DNA of 64,000 nt from Eledone cirrhosa (lineage: Eukaryota), in NCBI GenBank assembly GCA_964016885.1, contig OZ024743.1, positions 91,140,001 through 91,204,000 of the forward strand, given 5' to 3'. This document shows, one piece after another, positions 1 through 12,200 of this stretch (its first letter is position 1; the number at the start of each line of letters is the position of its first letter). A program made the position numbers and the translations under genes. The notes beneath the pieces are model-generated. The model worked only from the letters and a program-made list of their open reading frames with translations. It searched no databases and was not told where the DNA came from.

Positions 1-120
1 CCTTCTTATCAGCGTCAGTGGTGGCAAGTACACCATCATCATTTAGGACACACTTCTCCCCGACAATATCACTGTTTTCCTTGACACATTGCCTAGCAAT
101 CCTGAACACCTCACGTTTTT
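1..120 (-). mobile_element. Inverted upstream fragment of an RTE LINE ORF
   Basis: Reverse strand translates KREVFRIARQCVKENSDIVGEKCVLNDDGVLATTDADKK, resembling the RTE linker upstream of the RT. Confidence 0.7.
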
Positions 121-126
121 GTATGT

Positions 127-156
<30 letters not shown>

Positions 157-161
<5 letters not shown>

Positions 162-1823
162 GATTAGGGAAAGGAAAAATGGTAAGGCTGCCAGACTATC
201 GGAAATAGTTGCTGAGATGCTGAAGGCATCAGGGGACGTAGGCACTAAACTGGTTGCATGCATCATCAATCAGGCTATATATGGTGGTGTCATACCCAAA
301 GACTGGTGCAGCAGTATTCTCATAAATTGCTATAAAGGTAAAGGGGATGCTCTGGAGAGGAGCAATTATAGGGGTATAAAACTGATAGATCAGGTTATGA
401 AAGTGGCAGAAAGGATTTTAGCACAACTAATTAGAGAAAGGGGCATACTAGATGAGATGCAGTTTGGTTTTGTGCCTGGGAAGAGTACAACAGATGCTCT
501 CTTCTTGGTGAGACAATTGCAAGAGAGGTTCTTAGAGAAGAATAAGCCACTATACTTAGCCTTTGTTGACCTAGAGAAGGCCTTTGATAGGGTACCCCGA
601 TCTGTCATCTGGTGGTCCCTAAGGAAGCTAGGTGTTGAGGAATGGCTTGTGAGTACAGTGCAAACTTTGTACAGAGGTACTCTCAGTAAAGTCAGGGTAG
701 GAATGGAGTTTAGTGAGGAATTCCAGATACAAGTAGGAGTACATCAGGGTTCGGTCCTCAGCTCGCTCTTGTTCATTATAGTCCTCCAAGCCATAACAGA
801 GGAATTTAAGACTGGCTGTCCATGGGAACTTCTCTATGCTGACGATCTGGTTCTTATAGCAGAATCAGTAGAGGAGCTAGAGAATAAATTCTGGCTATGG
901 AAACAGCAGTTGGAAGCAAGAGGACTGAGAGTGAATCTAGCTAAGACAAAAGTGTTGATGAGTAGAGAAGAGGACAAAACCCTGATTCCGTCAGGGAAAT
1001 GGCCATGTTCGATATGCAGAAAAGGAACTGGCATAAATTCTATAAAATGCACACAATGCAGATCCTGGGTACACAAGAGATGTAGCGGGATAGCAGGCAA
1101 ACTAACAGGTAGGGAGAAATATGTATGCAGTAGATGTACAGGGAAATTAGACAGTAGAAGTCGCATTGATAGACACATTTTTCAGATGCAGGAGGGTGCT
1201 ATAGAAGTGGTGGATAGCTTCCGGTACCTAGATCAGATTAGCATGGGAGGAGGGTGTTCCGAGGCCATAGTATCTAGAATAAGGATGGGTTGGAAGAAGT
1301 TTAGGGAGCTGCTTCCTCTGTTGATGAAGAAGGGTTTCTTCCTGCGTACGAAAGGCCGGTTGTATGATGCCTGTGTGAGGAGTGCGATGCTGCATGGTAG
1401 TGAGACATGGGCAGCAACTGCAGAGGATATGCGACGGCTGGAGAGAAATGAGGCAAGCATGCTCCGTTGGATGTGCAGTGTAAATGTGCGTGAACGACCC
1501 AGCATAAATGTGTTGAGAGAGAAACTGTGTCTGAGAGGGATAGAATGTAGTGTACGATAGAGGAGACTGAGGTGGTATGGACATGTGATGCGCATGGAGG
1601 ATGACCGATGGGTGAAGAAGTGCCAGAAAATGCCAGTTGAAGGAAGACGTGGTAGAGGTAGACCACGAAAAACATGGGCGGAGGTGGTCAGTACAGACCT
1701 CAGATCATTGAAGCTCACGGTGGAGATGACGAAGGACCGTGACGAGTGGAGACATGCTGTGCTGAATAAGACCCGTCCCACCCTTGCAAGCAGGGAAAAG
1801 TGGATGTAAAATGATGATGATGA
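157..1823 (+). mobile_element. RTE-clade LINE (family 1), 5'-truncated; RT plus PHD-like finger
   Basis: [43 protein letters not shown] and HGSETW motifs; one in-frame stop at 1558-1560; (TGA)n tail. Confidence 0.95.
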
Positions 1824-1911
1824 TACATATGAGTATATATATATATATATATACATACATATGAGTATATATATATACATACATATGAGTATATATATAT
1901 ATATATACATA

Positions 1912-3567
1912 CATCATCATCATCATCATCAACGTTTAACGTCCGTGTTCCACGCTTGCATGGGTTTGGACGGGGGTATTCCCACTTGAGGCAAGAGTGA
2001 TTGTCTTGCTCGCATAGGACTGTCTGGCAGGTTTTCTACAGTTGGATGCCCTTCCTAACACCAACCACATTTACAGTGTGGGTCTGGGAGGTTTTTACCG
2101 TGTTGCCTACACGGCCACATTACAGCGTGGACTGTGTGTTTTTTGTCGTGACACCTACACGATCTCATTTGTTTCGGCCTGGATGGTGTGGCACCAACAT
2201 AACTTTACATAGAAGGGGGGGGGGTGTATTTTGTTAGAGATGCCTACTGGCTGTAGTAGGTTTTACTATGTATTTAAGTAAGGCGGGTCTTCTCTATTAC
2301 TGAGTACCGCCAAAGGTCTCGGTCCAGTGACATTGTCTTGGAGAGGTGTAAGTGTGTGAGGTCGGAGTTTATCAGCTCGTCCCAGGTTTTTCTAGGTCTG
2401 CCTATTCCGTGACTACCGTCTATCTTTATTGCCCTGCACTTTGTTATACAGCTATCGACTTTCATGTGCATCACGTGTCCATACCAACGTAGCCTTCTCT
2501 CGAGTAAACAACATCTGATCCCTCTTATTTCTAATTTTTTCCTTAGTTCGTTTATGCTTTGCCGTTCACGTATATTACTATTACACATCCAGCGGAGCAT
2601 GCAAGCTTCGTTTCTCTCTAGTCTGCGTATATCCTCTGCACATAATGCCCAGGTCTCACTGCCATGCAACATTGCTGTTCGTATGCAGGCATCATACAAC
2701 CTGCCTTTCATTTTTAGGGAGAACCCTTTAGCGGCTAATAGTGGTATAAGCTCTCTGAACTTTTTCCATCCTTTTCTGACTCTAGCTACTGTACTTTCAG
2801 AACACCCTCCCCCACTGCTGATTTTGTCACCCAGGTAACGGAAGCTGTCCACTATTTCTATAGAGCCCTCTGCGCAGTTGTAAGAGCTAGTATTTTGTGG
2901 GCACTTGCTGCTACTTATTGCATCAGAGCACCGGCCACATGTAAAATCTATGTTCTTAGTTAGCTTACCTGTGATCCCACTACATCTTTTATGCACCCAT
3001 ACTTTGCATTTGGGACATAAAATGGAGTTTCTACCTACGCCTTTCCTACACACTGAGCATGGCCATTTCCCAGAAGGGACCGCCGCCTTATTTTCTTTCC
3101 TACAAACTAGAACTTTAGTCTTAGCCAGGTTAATTTTAAGTCCTTTTGATTCTAGGCCGTGCTTCCATGTTTGGAATTTCTTCTCTAGCTCGGCCATTGA
3201 TTCAGCTATGAGTGTCAGGTCGTCTGTGTATAGGAGTTCCCATGGGCAGCCGGTCTTGAACTCCTTTGTTATAGCCTGAAGGGCAATAATAAATAGTAGG
3301 GGGCTGAGAACAGAGCCCTGATGGACGCCAACTTTTACGCTAAACTCTTCACTATATTCGTTGTTAATTCTAACCTTGCTGACTGTTTCTTTATACATGG
3401 CTTGTATAGTTCTCACAAGCCATTCGTCGACACCTAGTTTTCTAAGGGCCCACCAGATAATGGAACGGGGGACTCTGTCGAAGGCTTTCTCCAAGTCGAC
3501 AAAAGCTAAGTAGAGGGGTTTACCTTTAGCTAGGTACTTCTCCTGTAGTTGTCGTACAATGAAAAGA
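1912..3567 (-). mobile_element. RTE-clade LINE (family 2), 5'-truncated, young
   Basis: ORF 2274-3596 with RT motifs (YTDD here), about 360-nt 3' UTR, (GAT)n tail; nearly identical to the copies at 22.4, 30.0 and 52.6 kb. Confidence 0.95.
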
Positions 3568-3739
3568 CATATGAGTATATATATATAGATACGCACTCAC
3601 TGTAAATGAGGTTGGTGTTAGGAAGGGCATCCAGCTGTAGAAATCAAGCCAGAATCAGTTCCCGTCCCACCCTTTCAAGCAGGGAAAAAGCGGACGTAAA
3701 ATGAAATGATGATGATGATGACATATGTTATTATTTCTA

Positions 3740-4325
3740 TCATTCTCAAAAAGGAGAAATTATTGTGTACAGTGCTCATGTGCACTACAGCTCATCAAAG
3801 GTGCATGTATAGTAAATAGAATAATATACAAATGTCAGGGAAGTGAATAGTGTATGAGTCATGACGCACATGTGTGCGTGTGTATGGAGGGGGAATATTA
3901 GGTATAGTGTTGGAAAATCTCAGGAAGCATGGAGGTGTTAAAGGATGCAGTGTCTCGACAGCTAACAATTGATGCAGGTAGTTTGTTCCATGCTTCAGCA
4001 ACTCTGAGCATGAAAAAATGTTTCCGAAAGTCTGTGCTGTTTTCTGACTTTGTTGGCATTCCCACGTGTGTTAGACACATGGAAATCAAAAAGGTATTCA
4101 GGGTTGTTGTTGGCAAGATGGTTAATAATAATTTTGTGGGTGTTTACCAAGTCAGTTGCCAGATGTCGGAGCTTCAATGTATCCATGCCCAGGGAAGTAA
4201 GGAGTTCAGAGTATGGTAAGTGCCTGATGGAGGGTATTCGCTTGGTTGCACGTCTCTGAACAGTTTCCAGGTGGTCAATGTTCTGAGCAAGATAGGGTTT
4301 CCAGACTGGTGATGCAAATCTAAGT
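3740..4325 (-). mobile_element. CR1-clade LINE 3' fragment, degraded
   Basis: FASPVWKPY..IDHLETVQRRATK..LPYSE, TRG, and RKHFF..RV..AWNKLP motifs with frameshifts. Confidence 0.85.
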
Positions 4326-4988
4326 GTGGCTGCACCATTTACCTGAACACAAATACTCTGGCATTCGTATAGAGACATCAAGGCAGCAAGAATCTGACCA
4401 TTGATGCCATATATCTTCCTATATAATTTGATGTAAAACACTTAAGTTATGATACCACTACCATCTTTAATAATGACATATTAGTGAATCTTTCTAAATT
4501 CTTCATTAATTAATTCAAATACAGTATATTTCATTAGAAATAGGGTCATGAAACAGTAACTTATTAACATCCTACTATGATTTAGCAGAATGTTGTTTAA
4601 AAGAAGAAAAAAAAACAGGTTTGTTAATTATAATCTTTACTAGTGGACAGAAACTTATTGCAAAAAAGTACATTAATTTTTAATATGAAGCAGTTATAGT
4701 ACTGTTTTATACTTTACAAGAATGTTTTGCTAATGCTGTTTCATATGGTACAGGATGTTAATAAAGTCAGTAAATAGTTTATATGTGAAAACCATTTGAT
4801 TGCTTTTTGTCAATCTTAACTGCCTTTTCATTTATGTGTTATAAAACAGGATTGGCAAACAATCTGTTAGTTAAATAGCTCCAAAAGATAACCTAATTTC
4901 TTATACGTTTCATTATCTCAGTGGTATATAAGTCAGTTGTGGTTCAACAAGATTGTGAAATTGGTAGAAGCCACTTCATCCCTTAACC

Positions 4989-5281
4989 CAGGCATGGGCA
5001 ACCTTTTTTTGAGAAGCAGGCTGCATGAGATATGGCTCATCATCAGGCGGGTCGCAAGCGCTAATTTATATTCGTGCCCACGTTAAATAAAAAGGCGGGA
5101 GCACAGGTTGTTTTGATTTGTTTCTTCAGAACACGTACACATTGTTTTCCTCGATTGTAAAAATGATAGAAAGATGAATTACGACTGAAAAGTTGGGGTT
5201 AAAAAAATCAGAAAGATTTCATTTAGGTGACTTAGGCGAGCCATTCAGAAAGCTTTGTGGGTCGCAGGTTGCCCATGACTG
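4989..5281. mobile_element. hAT-type MITE
   Basis: TIRs CAGGCATGGGCAACC / GGTTGCCCATGACTG; perfect 8-bp TSD CCTTAACC (4981-4988, 5282-5289). Confidence 0.85.
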
Positions 5282-5287
5282 CCTTAA

Positions 5288-5495
5288 CCTTTTAGTATTT
5301 AAACCGGCCAGAACTCTCTCACCTCTTTCTGTTCAAACCAGCTGTAACCAGCTGCTCAACTGATGTTAAGGTATTATTCTCAAAATAAATGATATCAAAA
5401 TCTCATAGATTTGATATTGTGAGATAATTATATAAGATAAAGCCTTTACTGCAAATATACAATAGTAAATATAGAGTAATGTGAATGCTAAAGGG
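5288..5495. mobile_element. TTAA-flanked (piggyBac-type) ~200-bp MITE
   Basis: TIR CCCTTTAGCATTT family; further copies or fragments near 5.5, 11.8, 12.5, 17.5, 19.0, 32.0, 34.1, 36.2, 36.6, 39.2, 42.5, 49.0, 50.9, 55.4, 56.5 and 58.7 kb. Confidence 0.75.
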
Positions 5496-5645
5496 TTAAA
5501 CTGGCCATATCTGCCAGAATTCTTTCGCCTCTTTTTGTTCAAATCTGCCATCACCAGCCACTCATACTGATGTTAAGGTATTGTTCTCAAAATAGATATC
5601 AAAATCTCATAGATTTTACCATGAAAATACAATAGTAAATATAGA

Positions 5646-5824
5646 ATAATTGTTTCTACTTTAGGCACAAGGCCAGCAATTACCCAGTGCATTACTGGTA
5701 CTTTATTTTATCGACCCCGTAAGGATGAAAGGCAAAGTTAACTTCGGCGGGATTTGAACTCAGATCGTAAAGGGACGTAACTATGCTGGAAAGCATAGCG
5801 TCCGACCCTCTACCGACACTGCCA
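5646..5824 (-). mobile_element. tRNA-derived SINE family 2, nested in a MITE
   Basis: Reverse strand reads GGCAGTGTCGGTAGAG...GAGTTCAAATCCCGCCG (A/B boxes) then GCCTTTCATCCTTACGGGGTCGATAAAATAAAGTACCAG. Confidence 0.85.
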
Positions 5825-6395
5825 AAAATATAGAATAATGTAAATGCTAAAGGGTTAAGGGTTTTACTGTGAAAATACAATACTAAATATAGAGTAATGT
5901 AAATGCTAATGAGTTAACTCTACAGTGGAAAAACCTAAATATGTGCTACTTTGTAGATCAACACATATTTGTAAATTTTAAGTGAAGGTATGTAACCTTC
6001 ATTTAAATATTAACAAATACAGCTAGATCCTGTCAACAAAATCTCAATACGGTTTAAATAGAAAGCAAGTCTCCGATTTCTGAATGACTAAATGTCAGCA
6101 GGACACCCAGGAGCCATGACCTGGATGTGACCCGGCCCACTTAGTGTAAGCAGTTAAGGGCCGAAACACTTGCTTGAGGTGGGGGTGGAGGGGTTCTTCT
6201 CTGAGGACCTGCTGTCCTGCTCTCCTGAGAGTTTCTTACTACCTTGTAGTTAGAGTGTTGGACTTATGATTGCGAGGTTGCAGGTTTGAGTCCCAAACTG
6301 GGTTACACGTTATGTCCTTGCTCCATTTCATTCAGATGAAAATGAGCTCTAGCAGCAACTGTACCTTAACTCTTCAGTCAACATTCGCTCTAAGC

Positions 6396-6519
6396 CAGCG
6401 GTCGTCCAACTGATGGTCCGTAGAAAAATTTTAATGTTTTTATCTTCAGATTAGTGGTCCACATGATTTAAAATTATGAATTTAGTAGTCCATGAGGTCC
6501 AAAAGGTTGGCGACCACTG
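6396..6519. mobile_element. hAT-type MITE (124 bp)
   Basis: TIRs CAGCGGTCGTCCAAC / GTTGGCGACCACTG; 8-bp TSD CTCTAAGC on both sides. Confidence 0.8.
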
Positions 6520-6829
6520 CTCTAAGCTACACAATGACTGTTGCCCATTCAGTAGCTTTGAAATGCTGGCAGTTGCAGTATAGAAGCTATGAAACACTGC
6601 CGTGCAATAGCGTTGAATTTACAATATTTTTGCTCAAATATCAAACATTCTGTTTAGTGGTTAGGAAAAATTAAAGAGAACATTGTTCCTGGTTGCTTAA
6701 AAACCTATAAACCCAACTAGGGTCCGAGCTTCGTCTAACCCATGTTAACTTGGAAAAATGGACATAAAATGACAACTTTAACTCATTTGTAATAAGTTAT
6801 GTTTTTTTATTTGTTGTTAGCTTCAACAT

Positions 6830-7270
6830 TTGGTAATCAGAAGAAGGGAGTGGGGTGTAAAAACCTAACTCGCTATCTTCAGTTTGGTATTTGTGCCACT
6901 TCTTACCTATGGTCATGAATCATGGATAATGACAAAAGAATACAATTACAAATACGAGCAGCTGAAATGGGGTACCTCTGAAATGTCTTTGGAGTAACGT
7001 TACGTGATAGTGTGTATCTTGAGGATCAGAATCAGAGCTCCAATACTATAGGCATGTGGTTAGAAAGTCTCAGGTAAGAATTGCTGGACAGATTTTTTTA
7101 GCAAAACCAACCAGCAGGCCGTCTAGGGGTAGACCCCAAGCAAGATGGTTGGATAACATCCATAAGCTTGGCTGGTCTTGCTTGGGGATCCAGCCGGACC
7201 AACTGGAAGGAGTGTTTGAGGACTCTTCCCCCATGACACTCTCAGGAATAAGTGGGTGAAGAAGATGATA
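6830..7270 (+). mobile_element. Old RTE LINE 3' remnant (distinct family)
   Basis: LTYGHESWIMT, AAEMG and RPSRGRPQARWLDNI motifs, (GAA)n end; related remnants at 49230-49560 (-) and 59920-60110 and 60545-60720 (+). Confidence 0.7.
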
Positions 7271-7584
7271 ATATTTCTTTTATATAATTTATAAGCAATG
7301 TAAAGTTAAACATTCAATATTGTAATAGCTTAGAGTAAAAGAAAACCGGCGATAATATTTTACGTACTTTATAAATGGTAGTAAAGGATGTAGGATGTAT
7401 TCAGGAGTAATAATTTATTGACTTTTCCATTAGCAAATTTGTATTGAAATTTTAAATTTGAAAAAATCAAGAATTTGGAGATATATGGTTAATATTCCTT
7501 TTTCATGATCAACTATATAGTGGAGGCACATGGCCTAGTTGGTAAGAGTGTTGGACTTATGATCATAATGTTGAGGGTTCGATT

Positions 7585-8190
7585 TGTAGCGGAGTTGTTT
7601 TCATGGCGTGTAACAATTCATGCATGATTTGGTCACTGGTTGATCAATCGTCAGTCGTGCATGACTATCAACTTCTGCCCAAAGATTTTTTGCGCTTTTG
7701 TTTTCACTAAAAACCAGTTATGCTTTGACATCAAAAGGTAAACATCTATTTTTCCTTGCCGTTCAACCACTAGCTAATATGTAACGGTAAAACACAACTT
7801 CGGCCTGGCCAGCGACATGTCAGCTTGCGACCGGGCATTTTTTCCATATAACATTTAATTTGTTTGTTCTTTTTATTTGGCATGCCAACACAACTTTGTA
7901 ATTCTATTTCAGTTTGTAAATAAATCCTGTAAAATATTATACAGCCTTATACTTTTACCACAACCACCACTTTGGACGTGATATGGGAAAAATCCTTTTC
8001 CCAAGGTCTTATCACTACAACAACAAAGTCTCTTCTTGCTTGGCGACAACTTCTACGTTACGTTCACTTTCGGCTAACATTGCCTCACACATAACAAAAC
8101 AATTACATTTCTTGATACTACAATTTAATAACATATTCCTCTTATTCCTTTTATACTACCACAACATATATTAAACTTCTTATTGCTAAA
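7585..8190. mobile_element. Candidate solo LTR inserted in a SINE
   Basis: Termini TGTAGC...GCTAAA (one change from GCTACA); 4-bp TSD GATT; splits a tRNA-headed SINE (7520-7584 and 8191-8290). Confidence 0.55.
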
Positions 8191-9068
8191 GATTCGAGGA
8201 CTGTATTGTGTGTTGTGTTATTGAGTAAAACACTTCATTTCACTTTGTCCTCATTTACTCAGCTGAAAATGAATACCAGTAATAGCTGGGGATTAAGCCT
8301 ACAATGGACTGACATCTGTCCTGGGTTGGTCTTGTACTCTGTCACTTCACACCACAGAAATTGGGATAAGCACTGACCTGGGCTCGAGACATACTTTATG
8401 ATCAAGTGACTGCTGGTGCCACAATAAAATGCACGCAGCCTACACTGTAAAGTGCTAGTATTGGTGCTAAAATAAGAAGCACCCCGTACACTCTGTCAGG
8501 TGGTATTGGTGGTGCCATGAGAAAACATGCAGCACACGCCATAGAAAATATGCTTGAATTGAATGTATGAGGATCAGTTGGAGACAGTTCCTTCTGACAG
8601 GATCCACTGGAAGCAGTGTTTTAGGACTTTCCCCCACAATCCTTTCAGGAATAAGTGGGAGAAGAAGAAAATGCTGTAAGTGCTGCATATCTATAAAATG
8701 ATTGCAGTAGTAAGTCATCTATGGCTATTGGTGACATGTCTCTTATAAATGCACTAAAGGGTATATCTGGAACTTCATCATAACAGGCAGAATATTTAGT
8801 CTTATTTCTTAAATTTTAGTTGGGCTCACTTTTTTCATCATCATCATCACCATCATTGTTTAACAGCTATTTTTCCATACTTGCATGGGTTTGACAGTTT
8901 GTTGCATTTTGAGATTAGACCAGACAGGTGACCACATCTTGCTCATATGTTATGTTCCATTTTTGGCATGGTTTCTATGGTTGGATGCCTTTCTTTAAGC
9001 CAACCATTTTACAGTGTGTACCTGGAACATTCATGAAATTTATGAGTTTTTTTAAATATATATTTTAG

Positions 9069-9232
9069 GTGATGAGCGGTTGAATATGTTAAAAAAATGG
9101 AAGGAAGAGAAAGATTTGCAAAGAAAGCAGACAGCTTTGGAGAAGGCAAAAAATAAACCATTTATTTTGGCCAGTGCCCGACCAACTAATAAGTCCAAAT
9201 TTGATAATAAATGGGAACAGAGACTACAGAAG
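9069..9232 (+). CDS. DLGAP5: DLGAP5-like exon A (microtubule-binding motif)
   Basis: tattttag|GT GAT GAG CGG ... CAG AAG|gtaaaa; phase 1 to 0. Confidence 0.85.
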
Positions 9233-12200
9233 GTAAAAACTATATTACAACTCACCATTGCAAAGTGTGGTTTTGTTTTGACTAAAATATTTTGTGTGGT
9301 TATTATGGTCTGGTGGATGAGCAGTGTATCGCTGGGAGTGAGAGTAAAACTAATAATGAATTTCAGAGGGTCATGTGTTGTGGAAGGATGAAAGTGATTG
9401 AGTGAGAGGAGTGATGGTAATAGAGCCAGTAATAAATGTTGTGAAGGGAAATGGAATGAGATGGTTGGGTCATGTGTTGTGAAAGGATGAAAATGATTGG
9501 GTGTGAGGAGTGATGGGAATAGAGCCAGAGCTGAATGTTGTGAAGAGGAATGGGATGGCTGGGTCATGTGTTGTGGAAGGATGAAAGTGACTGGGTGAGT
9601 GGAGTGATGGAAATGAATGTGGAAGGATTTAAAAAAGAGAAGACCAAGAAAGACATGGCTGAAGATGGAGGAAGAAATGAAAGCCAGCCTGTTGGTAAGG
9701 GAGGGATGCAAGCAATAGGGCAAAATGGAGAAGTTTGTCATGAAGCTCACAAGACTAATTCCTGCTTCAGCAGGGTTAATGGCCTTAAAACTGTTATTGT
9801 CAACAACTGGGGCAAGACATGGTATAACTGGGAAAATGGACCTATAAGTTTTTAATTGTTAGTTCATGTGTCTCATAGGTCTGCTTTACCAGAACTGATC
9901 TGGACTGACACAACAACTATGAATTGTGTAATAAACTAATTTCACTCATGCTAGCTAGCACAGATGAAATGGATGTAAAACATCAGTATGGTTTATCACC
10001 ATCACCATAAGTCTATTTTCCATGGTTAGATGGGCTGTCACATACCGAGGTTAGATTGGTGAGGTGGCCATGTTTTGGCTGTATGCTCCGTTTTTGGCTG
10101 GGTTTTTAAGGCTGAATGTTCTTTCTAATGCTAATCACTTTACTGGGAGCTGTTGTGGCACCAGCACTCCCACCTTGCAGGGTGGACTGAGTTCATTTTA
10201 TTGTGGCACCAGCACTCCCACCTTACTGGGTAGACTGTGCTTTTTATTGTGGCACCAGCACTCCCACCTTACTGGGTAGACTGTGCTTTTTATTGTGGCA
10301 CCAGCACTCCCACCTTACTGGGTGTGGACTGAGTTCATTTTATTATGGCACCAGCACTCCCACCTTACTGGGTGGACAGTTCATTTTATCGTGGCACTTC
10401 ATTGTAAACTGTTTTATAACAGTTCTTCCTGTGACTTGCAAATCACTTTACCATGTCGACTGGGAGCTTTTTTTTTCATGACACCTTAATGACCAGCTTA
10501 CAGGTGGACTACAGTATGTGATCAAGAATTTGGAAGAAATTAGTAAAATAACCTTTTCATTAAGCTACTGTTTGGTACATCGGTCGCTCTCTGACAGGTT
10601 TGTGGTTGAGGCCATAGCAGTGGAGACTGCTGGTGTCCTTAGCTATAAGACCACCGTCCTACTCACCACCATTGGCACGGAGTTGGCTACCCGTTAGCTA
10701 TCAAAGCTAACAAAGAAAGAGGCCCTGTTCTGACTCCTTCCTTTCACAGGTCATTTGTTCCTCTTACTTCCAGCACACCACAAAGAGGCTCGTCTTGCGT
10801 CTCCTATTACTTCAAGTACACCCCAAAGAAAGGGGCCCTGTCCTATCTTCTGCTCACCTAATGTCACTCGTGTTACTTCTCCTGTGCCACCCATTGCCCC
10901 ACACTACTAAAAGGCTTGGCTAAACATGTTTTTTTAATGTATTTTTTAATTTCTTTTTGTTTTTATAAAGCAGCAAGTAAAGGGTAGCATGCCACTAACA
11001 AAGTCCACCCAGAATATAAGGGGTGGTTCCACTACTGCTACCAGTACCACTTCCGCTACTACAAAGACCACTTCTGCTGCTGCTACAAGGTCTACCTCTG
11101 CTGCCACAAGGTCTGCCTCTGCTTCTGCTGCCGCTATCAGGACCACCTCCGCTGCTGCTACCAGGTTCACTTCTGCTGCTGCTACAAGGACCACCTCTGC
11201 TGCTACCAGGTCTACTTCCACTGCTGCTACAAAGTCCATGTCTGCTGCCGCTACCAAGTCTACCTCCGCTGCTGCTATAAATAAGAATGCTATAACTGCT
11301 GCCACTACACGGGCAACAACCAGGGCTAGAACTCGCCAAGCTGACGTTCAAAGGCCTAAACCTTCTTCAGTTGCTCCAGAGAAGAAAATACCTACAACCA
11401 GGCAGAGTACACGGTTTACATCAGCAAATGAAAGCAGGAGAGCACCATTAGCTACACAAACAACCAGAGTTACAAGACAAATCGGTAACAAGAAAGGTAC
11501 CCCCAAGACAACTACTAAGGTGTTGCCGTCAACAAAAGCCAAGACTGAAACACCTAGAGGAAAAAAACAGTCAAAACCAAAAATTGGTAAGTGTTTTTTT
11601 TTTACAGTTCAACATTTTTTTACTATGGCCTGTATTTTATGGTAAGCTCATTTAAAATTCTGAAAGTATGTTTCCTAGTGGTTAGTGTTGGACAGTGGGG
11701 GCAGGGGTTTAAGCCAAAACTGACTGATTCTTGGACCAATCAACCATTTTAAGAGATTCCTGTTTAATCTGGCTGTATCCGGCCAGAATTCTCTCACCTA
11801 CTTCTGTTCAAACCAGCCACTCACACTGATGTTAAGGTATTGTTCTCAAAATAAATATCAAAATCTCATAGATTTGATATTGTGAGATAAAGCCTTTACT
11901 GTGAAAATACAATAGTATATATAGAGTAATGTAAATGTTATGTGAGATAAAGCCTTTACTGTGAAAATATAATAGTATATATAGAGTAATGTAAATGCTA
12001 AAGATGGTGCTTTGTGTTCTTGAGCAAGATTTGTCATTTCGCATGGAGCCTCTATCATTAAAACACTTGAGAAACTGATGAGATGTACATTTGTAGGTGG
12101 CCAACTAAACCTGTAAAAGTGTAATCGGTAACATTTTATTGTATTCTTCTCTCAATTTGTTAAGTATTTAAAATTGTTAAATTTCTTCACCTAATTGTCT

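Noticed and set aside
390-3279. Antisense and alternative-frame ORFs over the LINEs (also at 24275, 24761, 30402, 30942, 53084)
   Set aside because: They are shadows of the RTE coding sequence with no independent motifs.
10585-10915. Additional DLGAP5 exon upstream of exon B
   Set aside because: The sequence is GC-richer, but I found no phase-compatible open frame with good splice sites, and A joins B directly in frame.
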